25,965 nt of DNA, from positions 1-25,965 of the IMG/VR virus record IMGVR_UViG_3300005254_000015, one strand, 5' to 3'. Origin of the DNA: a virus. Taxonomy: Duplodnaviria > Caudoviricetes. The notes below the pieces were generated by a model. It was not told the origin of the DNA. It made no database searches and saw only the letters and a list, made by a program, of their open reading frames with translations. Positions 9,422 to 18,181 of the stretch are shown here, piece by piece; the first letter of the stretch is position 1; each line of letters starts with the position of its first letter. A program made the position numbers and the translations under genes.

Positions 9422-9948
9422 AAACTTACATTTACCTCTTCTTCAATTAAATCCACTTCCCCCTTATTCTTAGTCCCCTGGTTTTGACTTTCTACAATAT
9501 TTAACTTCTGCATGGATATAGATAACCCCACACCATCGCCAATACTACTATCAATATAATCCTCTATTGAGGTTATACACAAAGATTCAATATCCTCATC
9601 CCCATAATATGTTACTAATGTTTTCTCATCTCTCCATTTTTTAAAAGTTTCCAGTCTTTCAGTAATGTTTTCAGGGAACTTATAAAAAACAGGATCCTTA
9701 CTTTCTATATCCCAATCAGTTAATATTGCCTTTAATGAATAAGTGGTTAATTTATTATCTATATTGTCATTTACATTTAAACCTTCCTCTATTGCATGTT
9801 CAGTAACATCAACCCTATTAACACGGGAAAAATCCTTTAATACATTGAGTAATACATTATTTTGTCCATCTGAAAAAAATGATCTTTTTTTAATACCAAA
9901 AATAAGATCATAAAAAGTATCTGTTACTGCCAAATTATCCCACCGCAA
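9418..9948 (-). CDS. Dit-like / tail tube initiator baseplate protein
   Basis: VTEHAIEEG..V.D.I motif; directly after the tape measure gene. Confidence 0.75.
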   Translation of the reverse strand: MRWDNLAVTDTFYDLIFGIKKRSFFSDGQNNVLLNVLKDFSRVNRVDVTEHAIEEGLNVNDNIDNKLTTYSLKAILTDWDIESKDPVFYKFPENITERLETFKKWRDEKTLVTYYGDEDIESLCITSIEDYIDSSIGDGVGLSISMQKLNIVESQNQGTKNKGEVDLIEEEVNVSL

Positions 9949-11638
9949 GTCCCAGTTTTGCCCTTAAAATTGGGCTTATCCTATCCAAAGCACTATATAT
10001 ATTTTTTTCAATTTCATATGCAATATCATCATTGTCTTTAACATTTATAACAATCTTATCTATGATTGAACTTATTATTACCTTAGCACCCATCTTACTA
10101 AAAGGTGTAATCTCTCCTGAATTAAACGGAGTAAAAACCTCTGGCTCTTTTTCTCCGACTAAATATTTTTTCCCCTTTTTTACATGCCCGCCTTCTGCTC
10201 TTTTCCCCTTAATATCATCAAATGACGGCATACTTTTATAAATTTCTTTTTGTTCAGTGTTTCTGCCGGTTACATTATTTTTCTTTGCATCAACTATAAC
10301 CTCTCTTACTCCACCATAATAAGATACTGCTGCATTTTTAATATCAATAGCAGTCTTCTTAAAATCCTTTCCTATATCCTTTAAGCCGTTAAAGGCTCCC
10401 TTAAAATCACCCTTAAATAGCTTGTATATACTAGCCCAGATATTAAAAATGTTTTTAAATACCTTAAAAACCATTACCCCGACTTGAAGGCCTAACCTCA
10501 ACTGTTTAACCAGTATTCCCAATCCTTTACCTAAATAGTAGGCACCGGTACCAAGTGATTCAAAAATTCTTTTTCCCTCAAACATCCCGCCGAATAAATC
10601 ATTAAATACATCCTTTAAATCTTTCCCAAGTACTGCTAACTCTCTTAATGCAGGGGAAAATAAGTCCTTAACTACCCTACCCCCTTTATCTATAATGCCG
10701 TTAATTTTATCTATATTTTTACTGTCGCTTATCCAATCTCTTACAGCCTTTGCATTCTTAATCATTGCACCTGTTAAATTGTTGATCTTAGGAGTAACAA
10801 AATCACCGATATACATCTTTATATCTTCCAATACTGCCTTATATGTTCTCTGTCTGTTTGCGAGTTGATCCTGTGTAGCAGAATAATCACCCATTGCTTT
10901 CCTGCTTTGAAAATAGGCTAATTCTAAGGATGCTTCTGCCTTTGCCTGTCTTAAAGCTAATCCTGTAAGTTTATCCTTGCCATGAACAATTAACCACTGT
11001 TTGATATCCAGCTCTCCTATTGCAATACCAAGACTTTTAGCCATCTCCCGTTCACCGAGCAGCATTTTGGTTAATGCCTCACTTGCTCTTTTAGCTCCGC
11101 CTTCTATATTGGAAAAGGATGCTGTATCGCTTGCTAATTCCTGTACACGCCTTGATAAACTTAATGCCTGTTTTTCTTCAAAACCAAGACCAACCAGTAA
11201 ATCCCCTGTTGTACCTAGAAGCTGGGTTGCCTCATTCTTTGAATACCCATATGCCTCTGTAAGACTATCCCTTACTTTTAATGTTTCATCCTGTATACTT
11301 TCAAATACCCTTAAAAGTTTCGACTGACTTTCATTAAAATCACGGGATATATCAATCCCCTCTCTTATTCCATCTTTTATATTAGTCCATATATAACTTG
11401 CTGCATTTTTAACTGTATTAAAGGCAGTTGATGCAATAAAAAAGCTTTTAGTTAAATCCCCTGTTGAGGTTTTTAACTCTCTCTGGCTTTTTTTTAAGTC
11501 TTTTGTGCCCTTATCCATGCCTTTTAGACTTTCTTTTGCAGCATCCATACTCCTGTCAAATCTTCTAATTTCATTGGATGCACTATCTCTAAATAAAATC
11601 TCTCCAAAAAGTCTTCTAACAGCAATACTTCCTGCCAT
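9935..11638 (-). CDS. Tail tape measure protein
   Basis: Long helical Ala/Lys-rich protein, GE.E..K.LGI motif, hydrophobic segment, C-terminal RAEGG.V..G..YLVGE..PE.F.P. Confidence 0.92.
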   Translation of the reverse strand: MAGSIAVRRLFGEILFRDSASNEIRRFDRSMDAAKESLKGMDKGTKDLKKSQRELKTSTGDLTKSFFIASTAFNTVKNAASYIWTNIKDGIREGIDISRDFNESQSKLLRVFESIQDETLKVRDSLTEAYGYSKNEATQLLGTTGDLLVGLGFEEKQALSLSRRVQELASDTASFSNIEGGAKRASEALTKMLLGEREMAKSLGIAIGELDIKQWLIVHGKDKLTGLALRQAKAEASLELAYFQSRKAMGDYSATQDQLANRQRTYKAVLEDIKMYIGDFVTPKINNLTGAMIKNAKAVRDWISDSKNIDKINGIIDKGGRVVKDLFSPALRELAVLGKDLKDVFNDLFGGMFEGKRIFESLGTGAYYLGKGLGILVKQLRLGLQVGVMVFKVFKNIFNIWASIYKLFKGDFKGAFNGLKDIGKDFKKTAIDIKNAAVSYYGGVREVIVDAKKNNVTGRNTEQKEIYKSMPSFDDIKGKRAEGGHVKKGKKYLVGEKEPEVFTPFNSGEITPFSKMGAKVIISSIIDKIVINVKDNDDIAYEIEKNIYSALDRISPILRAKLGLAVG

Positions 11639-11848
11639 CTATATCCCTTTATATACCTTTAATGCCATATATATTTTTTTGATTTCATAAGGTGGAAGCT
11701 TACAAAGATTTGTATATGTATCTATCCCTGATAATACTACTTTCCAGAATACAGGATCCTCTTCTACCTCCTTTTTTATATTAAAATCTGTGATCCTACT
11801 TTGTTTTTGTAAATAGCTTTTTGATAAGCTTGGGGTAAGTATATCCAT
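11639..11848 (-). CDS. Second tail assembly chaperone ORF (T-like)
   Basis: Lies between chaperone and tape measure and overlaps the chaperone 3' end in the +1 frame. Start is uncertain. Confidence 0.6.
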   Translation of the reverse strand: MDILTPSLSKSYLQKQSRITDFNIKKEVEEDPVFWKVVLSGIDTYTNLCKLPPYEIKKIYMALKVYKGI

Positions 11849-12116
11849 TTTGTAGTTTCCTTCTAAGAAACCGGGGCAGGATTATCTGCCATACCTCCTC
11901 CAACTCCTCAGGATCCACTGTATCAAGAGTCAATCTTTCCCCTTCAACAGGGAATACCACATGATTAAAACAATAATCAAGTAATGCCTCCCAGTCAAAT
12001 ATGTCAGCATCCATCTTGTTAATCTGACTCTTTAATTTTATCCATTCCCTGTTTCCTGGATGCTGTAATATATATTTCCTTCCGTTAACCTCTACTTCCT
12101 GTTTAAATATTTCCAA
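11796..12116 (-). CDS. Tail assembly chaperone
   Basis: TTG start with AAGGAG; VNG.KY.LQHPG motif; directly after the tube gene. Confidence 0.75.
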   Translation of the reverse strand: MEIFKQEVEVNGRKYILQHPGNREWIKLKSQINKMDADIFDWEALLDYCFNHVVFPVEGERLTLDTVDPEELEEVWQIILPRFLRRKLQNGYTYPKLIKKLFTKTK

Positions 12117-12130
12117 ATTTTTTTCTCCTT

Positions 12131-12538
12131 TTATCTGAAATTACTTGTTAAATCCGCACAACCGAATATATACTCTAAAACCTGCTCCTCATCTGCTAAT
12201 GCAACATCAGGATCATTATCTATCCATGCTTCTGAGGAGTGCGCAAAATAATTATTATTCTTAACACTTATCTCAAAAACACCAGGTGAGTATTTTAATT
12301 TATCTAAATATACTCTAAATGGGGAATTCCACTTTAATGAGACTGTTATTGTACCTGATGTATTGCAGTTTTTGGTTCTTGATACCTCCCCCTTGGCACC
12401 AACATGCTTTTTCCATCTTGCAGGCTCATCAAATGAAACCTTAATAAATGTTCCGTCTCCAAAACCACTACCAAGCATCTTATTAACTATAAGTTCTGTA
12501 TCATCAGGATTAAAATCTCCTAAAAACTTCTTTCCCAT
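12131..12538 (-). CDS. Tail tube protein (DUF3277-like)
   Basis: GFGDGTFI.V....VGA.GEV........SGTITV.L...SP motif; follows the sheath. Confidence 0.88.
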   Translation of the reverse strand: MGKKFLGDFNPDDTELIVNKMLGSGFGDGTFIKVSFDEPARWKKHVGAKGEVSRTKNCNTSGTITVSLKWNSPFRVYLDKLKYSPGVFEISVKNNNYFAHSSEAWIDNDPDVALADEEQVLEYIFGCADLTSNFR

Positions 12539-12549
12539 TACATTATCTC

Positions 12550-13569
12550 CTATACTGTTATTAACCCTTTAACCTTTGGCTTATGTATAGCACCGGCAGT
12601 TGAATATTCAAACTCAATACCCGGCAGGTTTCTATTTGCCCTATCATTTACACTTAAATCCGATCTTTGGGGAGTATAAATCTTAAACATATATACGCCA
12701 TCATCAGATTCACTCTGATCTACATCACTGCCAACTCTTGCAATAATCTTATTATCCCCTGCCCTCTTTAATACAGCTCTTAATACACTCTCTACCTGTG
12801 CTATTCCCGGATTATCAAGTGCAACCTTGTCATTGTTTAAGAATAACAAAAGTAGTTCCGTCTCAAGCTGATCTTCAACCCAGTCCTGACCATGTATAAT
12901 ATCTATAAACTCACCGCTTGTTGATCTGCCTTCATTTGTATATATTGCACCCTTTTGATCATGGAGAGTCTGCATGTTCTTTTCTCTTATAGAAAGAAGT
13001 TCCGTTAAACTAAAATTCGATGCATTCTGTCCATTTAAAGATTTCCACTTCCATGTAAAACTGCCGGGGCTTTTACTTATACAAAGACCAACCCACGAAC
13101 ATTCAGGATAAGAAGCTTCCTCATTGTGAATTAAATATGCCTCTCTATCCACATTTCTTGCCAAAATACCGGGGCTTGCATTACAACCGAAAAAAAATTT
13201 TTTATTAGCATTAGCCCAATCTCCTGCTTCATTTAGGTCCGACTCAACTCTTGAATCAATACATATAGCCCAGTATGAATTAAATGTCTCTTTTAATTCC
13301 TGTAATGCTTCTGCGTAGGTTACAGAATCATCTTTTCTTATTACTGCTATATCAACAGGACTTGGACTTTGAGAAACCATTGCGCTCATCATCTTATATT
13401 CTGCATCTTCAATTGTATACCCTGCAGATATAAGCTCTTCTGTATCCGTTACGATCTGTAAATCAATTTTCACATCTCCTGAACCCATAATTAATGGTCT
13501 AAATGATTTCTCTTTTAATCCCTTTGTTGCTCGTGTTATTGATATAACTATATCCTGTATATATGCCAA
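12550..13569 (-). CDS. Contractile tail sheath protein (DUF3383-like, compact 339 aa)
   Basis: PGS.TWKWK.L.G, GEFIDIIHG.DW and AGAIH motifs; TTG start with AAGGAG. Confidence 0.9.
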   Translation of the reverse strand: MAYIQDIVISITRATKGLKEKSFRPLIMGSGDVKIDLQIVTDTEELISAGYTIEDAEYKMMSAMVSQSPSPVDIAVIRKDDSVTYAEALQELKETFNSYWAICIDSRVESDLNEAGDWANANKKFFFGCNASPGILARNVDREAYLIHNEEASYPECSWVGLCISKSPGSFTWKWKSLNGQNASNFSLTELLSIREKNMQTLHDQKGAIYTNEGRSTSGEFIDIIHGQDWVEDQLETELLLLFLNNDKVALDNPGIAQVESVLRAVLKRAGDNKIIARVGSDVDQSESDDGVYMFKIYTPQRSDLSVNDRANRNLPGIEFEYSTAGAIHKPKVKGLITV

Positions 13570-13570
13570 A

Positions 13571-14095
13571 TTAAATCTCCTTAATAATTATTTCTTTTTT
13601 TTCTGAACCGTTTATTACCGGTGTAATTTCAATACTCCTTATTGCCTCAATTTCATTTACAATTTTTTCAGTATGATCGATTCTTATATCAAAACCAACC
13701 CTGTAATCATAATCTATATTAAGAAAAATAGTCCTGTCCTCAATTTCAGGACTGATAATACGCACTACATAATCATCATTCTTATATAACCTTATGTATT
13801 CACGTAACTTCTTAGCTAATCCGAACTCTTTATCAGTACCGAAAATATTTATACTTACATATGTCTTACTCTGCTCAAAAATATTTATATCCGCTAATGA
13901 ACCATCATTTATATTTTTTGTTACTACCCTACCCTGCTTATAAAAATCCTCAGGAGATATATTAAGAATTTTATATGTAATATAGGGGAACCCTATCTCC
14001 TCTTTTTTAAACTTATAGTCCTCACGTAAACACGGTATTTCAAGTAAGGCAGTAATTTTACTAAAAAAAGCATCAACCAATTCATATTCAATCAC
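13571..14095 (-). CDS. Tail terminator / neck protein
   Basis: PYITY and YR.GFD motifs; immediately before the sheath. Confidence 0.7.
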   Translation of the reverse strand: MIEYELVDAFFSKITALLEIPCLREDYKFKKEEIGFPYITYKILNISPEDFYKQGRVVTKNINDGSLADINIFEQSKTYVSINIFGTDKEFGLAKKLREYIRLYKNDDYVVRIISPEIEDRTIFLNIDYDYRVGFDIRIDHTEKIVNEIEAIRSIEITPVINGSEKKEIIIKEI

Positions 14096-14430
14096 TTATT
14101 TACTAACCTCTTTGCAAAATAAGAGGAAAAATTTCCATCCTTTTCTCTATCTGCCTCTGAGGATACCTCATACCTTGATCCTTTATAATGAATAATACAA
14201 CCGGTTTGTAATGAGGGCTTACCTACTTCATAAACCTTAATATCCTTAATTGTATATGCCCCGTCAGGTAAAAATTTTAATAGTTCATATGTAAGCTGTA
14301 TAATAAATAACTTTTTTTGCCCTATTACCGGCGTCTCCACATATCTCCCGTTAATTATCTGTCCAACACCAGACGGAATCTCTACCGTATAATCCTTTAA
14401 CCTTCTTCTAATAACACTACTTAACCTCAT
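14092..14430 (-). CDS. Head closure / head-tail joining protein
   Basis: G..INGRY, L..LP.G and I.YKG.RYEV motifs; neck position. Confidence 0.7.
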   Translation of the reverse strand: MRLSSVIRRRLKDYTVEIPSGVGQIINGRYVETPVIGQKKLFIIQLTYELLKFLPDGAYTIKDIKVYEVGKPSLQTGCIIHYKGSRYEVSSEADREKDGNFSSYFAKRLVNK

Positions 14431-14899
14431 ATGTTATACTCTTTTCCAAACTTCCCTTATCTACAAGGGTCTTATTTGAACCTTTTTTAATTATGGTAAA
14501 CGGATGATTCTCCGGCTTTATATTTGAAGAAATCTTAATCTTTATCTTCTCTCCCATACTCTTTCCAATAACATCAAGCATCTTTAAAACATTAAAATCA
14601 TTAAAAAAAACGTCCTCTCCTCTCTCAAATACACTATCTATAACCTTCTTATTATCAAATGTGCTTCTTAAAAAGGACCTTTCAGGTATTACAATAAACT
14701 TGGTTGTATCCTTTAAATGTAAGCCGATACTGTGAAGATACGCTCTCATCTTATCTGTAACCTTTATTTTAGCCCCAAACTCATTAACACCTGCTACTAG
14801 GCCAATTTCATCGGAGAACACCCCTACCCTAACCCTCTTATTGTTTAACAATTTCAATTGTTTTAGTATTTCCGGCACACGGCTCTCATCTTTAACCAT
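14417..14899 (-). CDS. Neck / tail completion protein
   Basis: V.VG, NEFGA, IPERSFLR, TI..KGS...LVD.G.L..SI motifs. Confidence 0.8.
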   Translation of the reverse strand: MVKDESRVPEILKQLKLLNNKRVRVGVFSDEIGLVAGVNEFGAKIKVTDKMRAYLHSIGLHLKDTTKFIVIPERSFLRSTFDNKKVIDSVFERGEDVFFNDFNVLKMLDVIGKSMGEKIKIKISSNIKPENHPFTIIKKGSNKTLVDKGSLEKSITYEVK

Positions 14900-14935
14900 T
14901 ATTTCCCTTTTCCTAATCTGTCGTATATTATTGCG

Positions 14936-15325
14936 TTATACGTCATAACCTAACTTAATAAGCTCACTAACTGCATCAAGGTACATCTTTACACACTGAG
15001 TTTCAACCTTCCGCTTGACTAAACTTATATCTGCCACAGATTCACTCTGGTTTAAACTGAATAAATAATTAAGTTCTGCCCTATATAAATACTTTGCACA
15101 TAAATAAATTAGGGCATAACTTATCCTTCTTTGCGTTACTGAATCATATTCACCATCATTAAATTTAGTAAAATCTCTTTCTCCAATTAAACCAACTAGA
15201 TCATCTTCACACCTTTTACTGCATACTTCAATATGAGCCTCCCACTCCTCAACACTACTATCCATATACTGCTCAAAATTATCCTTTACAACACCAATCT
15301 CTTTTAAATCATTCACCCTAACCAT
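14936..15325 (-). CDS. Putative head-tail adaptor
   Basis: Start moved from 15364 to ATG at 15325 (GGAGG upstream). Helical ~129 aa; called mainly from position. Confidence 0.5.
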   Translation of the reverse strand: MVRVNDLKEIGVVKDNFEQYMDSSVEEWEAHIEVCSKRCEDDLVGLIGERDFTKFNDGEYDSVTQRRISYALIYLCAKYLYRAELNYLFSLNQSESVADISLVKRKVETQCVKMYLDAVSELIKLGYDV

Positions 15326-15327
15326 GA

Positions 15328-16119
15328 TTATACCTCCATTACAGGCTCCAATATATGACCGCATCCATATGGAGGATTAAAAGGCTCATAATCAGTAATT
15401 ATATTTACAGGCATTACATCAATCCCCTTATACCTGCATTCCCTGTTATCAAGACTGAATAACTTATTCTCATATTTACTGTGTACTCTTTTTTCTGCTG
15501 CATCCTCAACCCTTATAAATCTTACAATATTAACATCATTCTCCTCTATTAAAGCCCTGTTTGTATTATTCATAAAATTAACTGCAATACTCTTAGAAGT
15601 ATTCTTTAAGTATTTTTCTAAATCATAATTCTTCCCTCCAAGACTAACCTTTGCTCCATTTTCCGTTTTAAATATTTTTTCCTTCAAATCCTTTATGATA
15701 CTGTCCTTATTCAATTTATTTATCTGTCTTAAAGAAATTTCATTTATCCACCTTAATCCTTTATTCTCAATCTCAAATAAAACATTCGCATACTCACTTA
15801 CATATTTATTTGTACTTAAATCAATAAGCTTATTTTTTACCCTGTCTGTAATAAGCCTGTTCAATAAAAAATAGGTAAATATTATTATGAATGCTTCCTC
15901 AATAACACCGATTGAACTATTCCTCTTTTTTAAAAGCAACTTCTTTATTTGGGTAAGTTCTCTTATTGATAAATCCCTGCCAAAGGATAGATAGACTTCT
16001 CTTGTCACCTCATCTTGAAACAATATGACTTCACTGTTTATATTCTTCTCAATTTCCTTAATTAGAATATTAAAGCTCTCTTTACCTTTTGTTTTTGAAT
16101 CTATCCTTATTGTATCCAT
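15328..16119 (-). CDS. Minor capsid / head morphogenesis protein (MuF/SPP1 gp7-like)
   Basis: GGKNY.LE.Y, H..YENK.FS and terminal P.PYGCGH resemble the GR.W....Y / H......G..F / HPNCRH motifs of this family. Confidence 0.55.
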   Translation of the reverse strand: MDTIRIDSKTKGKESFNILIKEIEKNINSEVILFQDEVTREVYLSFGRDLSIRELTQIKKLLLKKRNSSIGVIEEAFIIIFTYFLLNRLITDRVKNKLIDLSTNKYVSEYANVLFEIENKGLRWINEISLRQINKLNKDSIIKDLKEKIFKTENGAKVSLGGKNYDLEKYLKNTSKSIAVNFMNNTNRALIEENDVNIVRFIRVEDAAEKRVHSKYENKLFSLDNRECRYKGIDVMPVNIITDYEPFNPPYGCGHILEPVMEV

Positions 16120-17237
16120 TATCCTAAATTAACCCATCTTGTTGCTTTCTCCTGGTCAAGCCATGCTATACCGCACAAGAAATCTATAAAGAGTTTTCTA
16201 AATCCTTTCTCCGCACTTCCTTCATAGGTCAATAAAAGAGAACCGTATTTTGTATTCACAATAACTGAGTTTTCATGATACGGCTTTATTGCCTTGGTGC
16301 CTAAAACAGCACATTCAGGAACATACACCATTGCCTGATTCGGCTTTTTTACTGTAATCTCTACATCATCAGCTGCATCTGAAATTAGCCCGGTTGCCAA
16401 TGTAAGTGTTCCTGATTCACCTTCTGTAATCCACTCTACTTTTACTACCGTATACCAATTCGATGCAATCTGTACCATATCACAGGCTTCAATATTGGAA
16501 TCTGTTCCTCCGTCAAATGCTATTACACTTGTTCCGGCCGGATATCCGGTAGTATTATTTACAGCCAATGTTCCATCATCTGGTATCCTTCTATTCTTCA
16601 TATGAAGACTATGTATGAAATTAATACCAAACGCTTCTCCAATTTGAGCCTTTCTTAATGCTGTTGCAGAACCCGATTCACTTACATTTGTTATACATGA
16701 TAAATCCAGAATATCAGCCTTTGCCTCTGAATCAATACATGCTAACCTGCCTTCCTGTCTTATATTCTTTAAATCCATTGCCAATGCTAAATCAATTAAA
16801 CTTCTTCTTGATAATGATGCATCCCTTACAACATGATTTTTACAGGTAGAAAGTTTATTTATTATTTTTTCATCAAGTTTTCTTTCAATAGCCTCAGCAC
16901 CCTTTGTTGAATACATCTTATATGTCTGTTCCGGGATATTTGTAAAATCAACAATATTTATATCAAGAGCAACCCTTATATAATTATCAAGTTTGATATT
17001 TACAAAATCAGGAGCCATATCCGTATATTGATTGGGTTCTCCAGGCCACCAGTCATATGCCTGCACCTCAGGTTCAATCAAAAAACTTACAGTTTCTCCC
17101 GGACCTGCAAACTCTTTATCAATATTACTACCTGCTAAAATTGTTCCGCTCATTATCATATTGGGTTTTCTTGCTCCTATTATCAATGTTCCCAATCTTC
17201 TTAATATTTCCTGTAATTGTGTAAAATTATTCGGCAT
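16119..17237 (-). CDS. Major capsid protein (HK97 fold, P22 gp5-like, with inserted beta domain)
   Basis: GETV....P, ALRKAQIG..FG and D.L.G...LD motifs; follows the scaffold gene; SD AAGGAG/AAGG upstream. Confidence 0.85.
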   Translation of the reverse strand: MPNNFTQLQEILRRLGTLIIGARKPNMIMSGTILAGSNIDKEFAGPGETVSFLIEPEVQAYDWWPGEPNQYTDMAPDFVNIKLDNYIRVALDINIVDFTNIPEQTYKMYSTKGAEAIERKLDEKIINKLSTCKNHVVRDASLSRRSLIDLALAMDLKNIRQEGRLACIDSEAKADILDLSCITNVSESGSATALRKAQIGEAFGINFIHSLHMKNRRIPDDGTLAVNNTTGYPAGTSVIAFDGGTDSNIEACDMVQIASNWYTVVKVEWITEGESGTLTLATGLISDAADDVEITVKKPNQAMVYVPECAVLGTKAIKPYHENSVIVNTKYGSLLLTYEGSAEKGFRKLFIDFLCGIAWLDQEKATRWVNLG

Positions 17238-17269
17238 ACCTTATTTTTCTTCTCCTTAAAAACTTAAAT

Positions 17270-18094
17270 TTATTCATTTGCCCATTTTTCCCCGAGTTTG
17301 AGTAATTCATCTTCTCCTGCCTTATTTATCTCAAATGAACCTTCCTTATGATTACCCATCCCGCCGGAAGAACCTGATCCGGCTGCTACTTCCTCCATTA
17401 CAGGAAATAAAGTGCCAACCTCATCATTCTGCTTTACTAAAATCTTAACTGCCTCTTCTACATCTTTTATACCGCTAAATACCTTCTTTACTTCCTTCTT
17501 CTTCTCTTCATCTTCATAAACTATCTCCTTTGTCTTAACTACATAATCTACTCTGTTTGTCTTATCATCCGTTTCCTCTGCTAAATCTAAATACCCCATA
17601 TTTACAAGATACTTTGCTGCTATTGAAGGATTCTTTAATTTTAAATTGGCAGTAATCACATTACTGATATTTAGTAACCTTTCTTTCTTGAAAGTATCAT
17701 AGAGCCTATTATACTTCTCCTTACTCTTTTCTTCTGACAACGTAAACTCATCAAGCTTTTTATTTAACTCCATTTTCTCATTCTCAATTATTGATTCTTT
17801 CTCCTCTTCCAACTTCACCAATTTCTCACTCAATAATTTTTCTGCATCTTTACTTCCCTTAACAAGCTCTCTTAATTTTTTTAACTCACGTAATTTTTCA
17901 TGGTTCTCCCGTTTTAATTCTTCCAGTTTTTCACTGTCTTTTCCCGGCATCTTTTCTTCTTTCTCGCCGTCTTTGAATCTCTTCAACCTGTTTTCAATGA
18001 TAGATTTTGTACTATCCTTAACAGTATTAACCACTTCTTCAATCTGTTTGTCATCCAAACCCATTGTTTTTAATAGTGTCTTTAATTTGTTCAA
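17270..18094 (-). CDS. Capsid scaffolding protein
   Basis: Highly charged coiled coil, LF followed by Gly/Ser-rich C-terminal segment; between portal and capsid. Likely start TTG at 18094 after AGAGGG. Confidence 0.75.
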   Translation of the reverse strand: MNKLKTLLKTMGLDDKQIEEVVNTVKDSTKSIIENRLKRFKDGEKEEKMPGKDSEKLEELKRENHEKLRELKKLRELVKGSKDAEKLLSEKLVKLEEEKESIIENEKMELNKKLDEFTLSEEKSKEKYNRLYDTFKKERLLNISNVITANLKLKNPSIAAKYLVNMGYLDLAEETDDKTNRVDYVVKTKEIVYEDEEKKKEVKKVFSGIKDVEEAVKILVKQNDEVGTLFPVMEEVAAGSGSSGGMGNHKEGSFEINKAGEDELLKLGEKWANE

Positions 18095-18181
18095 AACTTT
18101 TAACCCTCTTAAATAAATATTCATTTTGCTTTTAAAGTATATATACTTATCCCCTTAGTCTTTTTTTTAAAAGCTAAGGTA

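Noticed and set aside
11815-11826. Classical -1 frameshift at C AAA AAG in the tail chaperone
   Set aside because: The -1 frame reaches TAA after about 15 codons and does not join the downstream ORF.
5124-13569. Tailocin, eCIS or T6SS interpretation of the sheath/tube/baseplate/PAAR-like cluster
   Set aside because: Terminase, portal, scaffold and capsid genes are present and intact, so this is a head-bearing phage.
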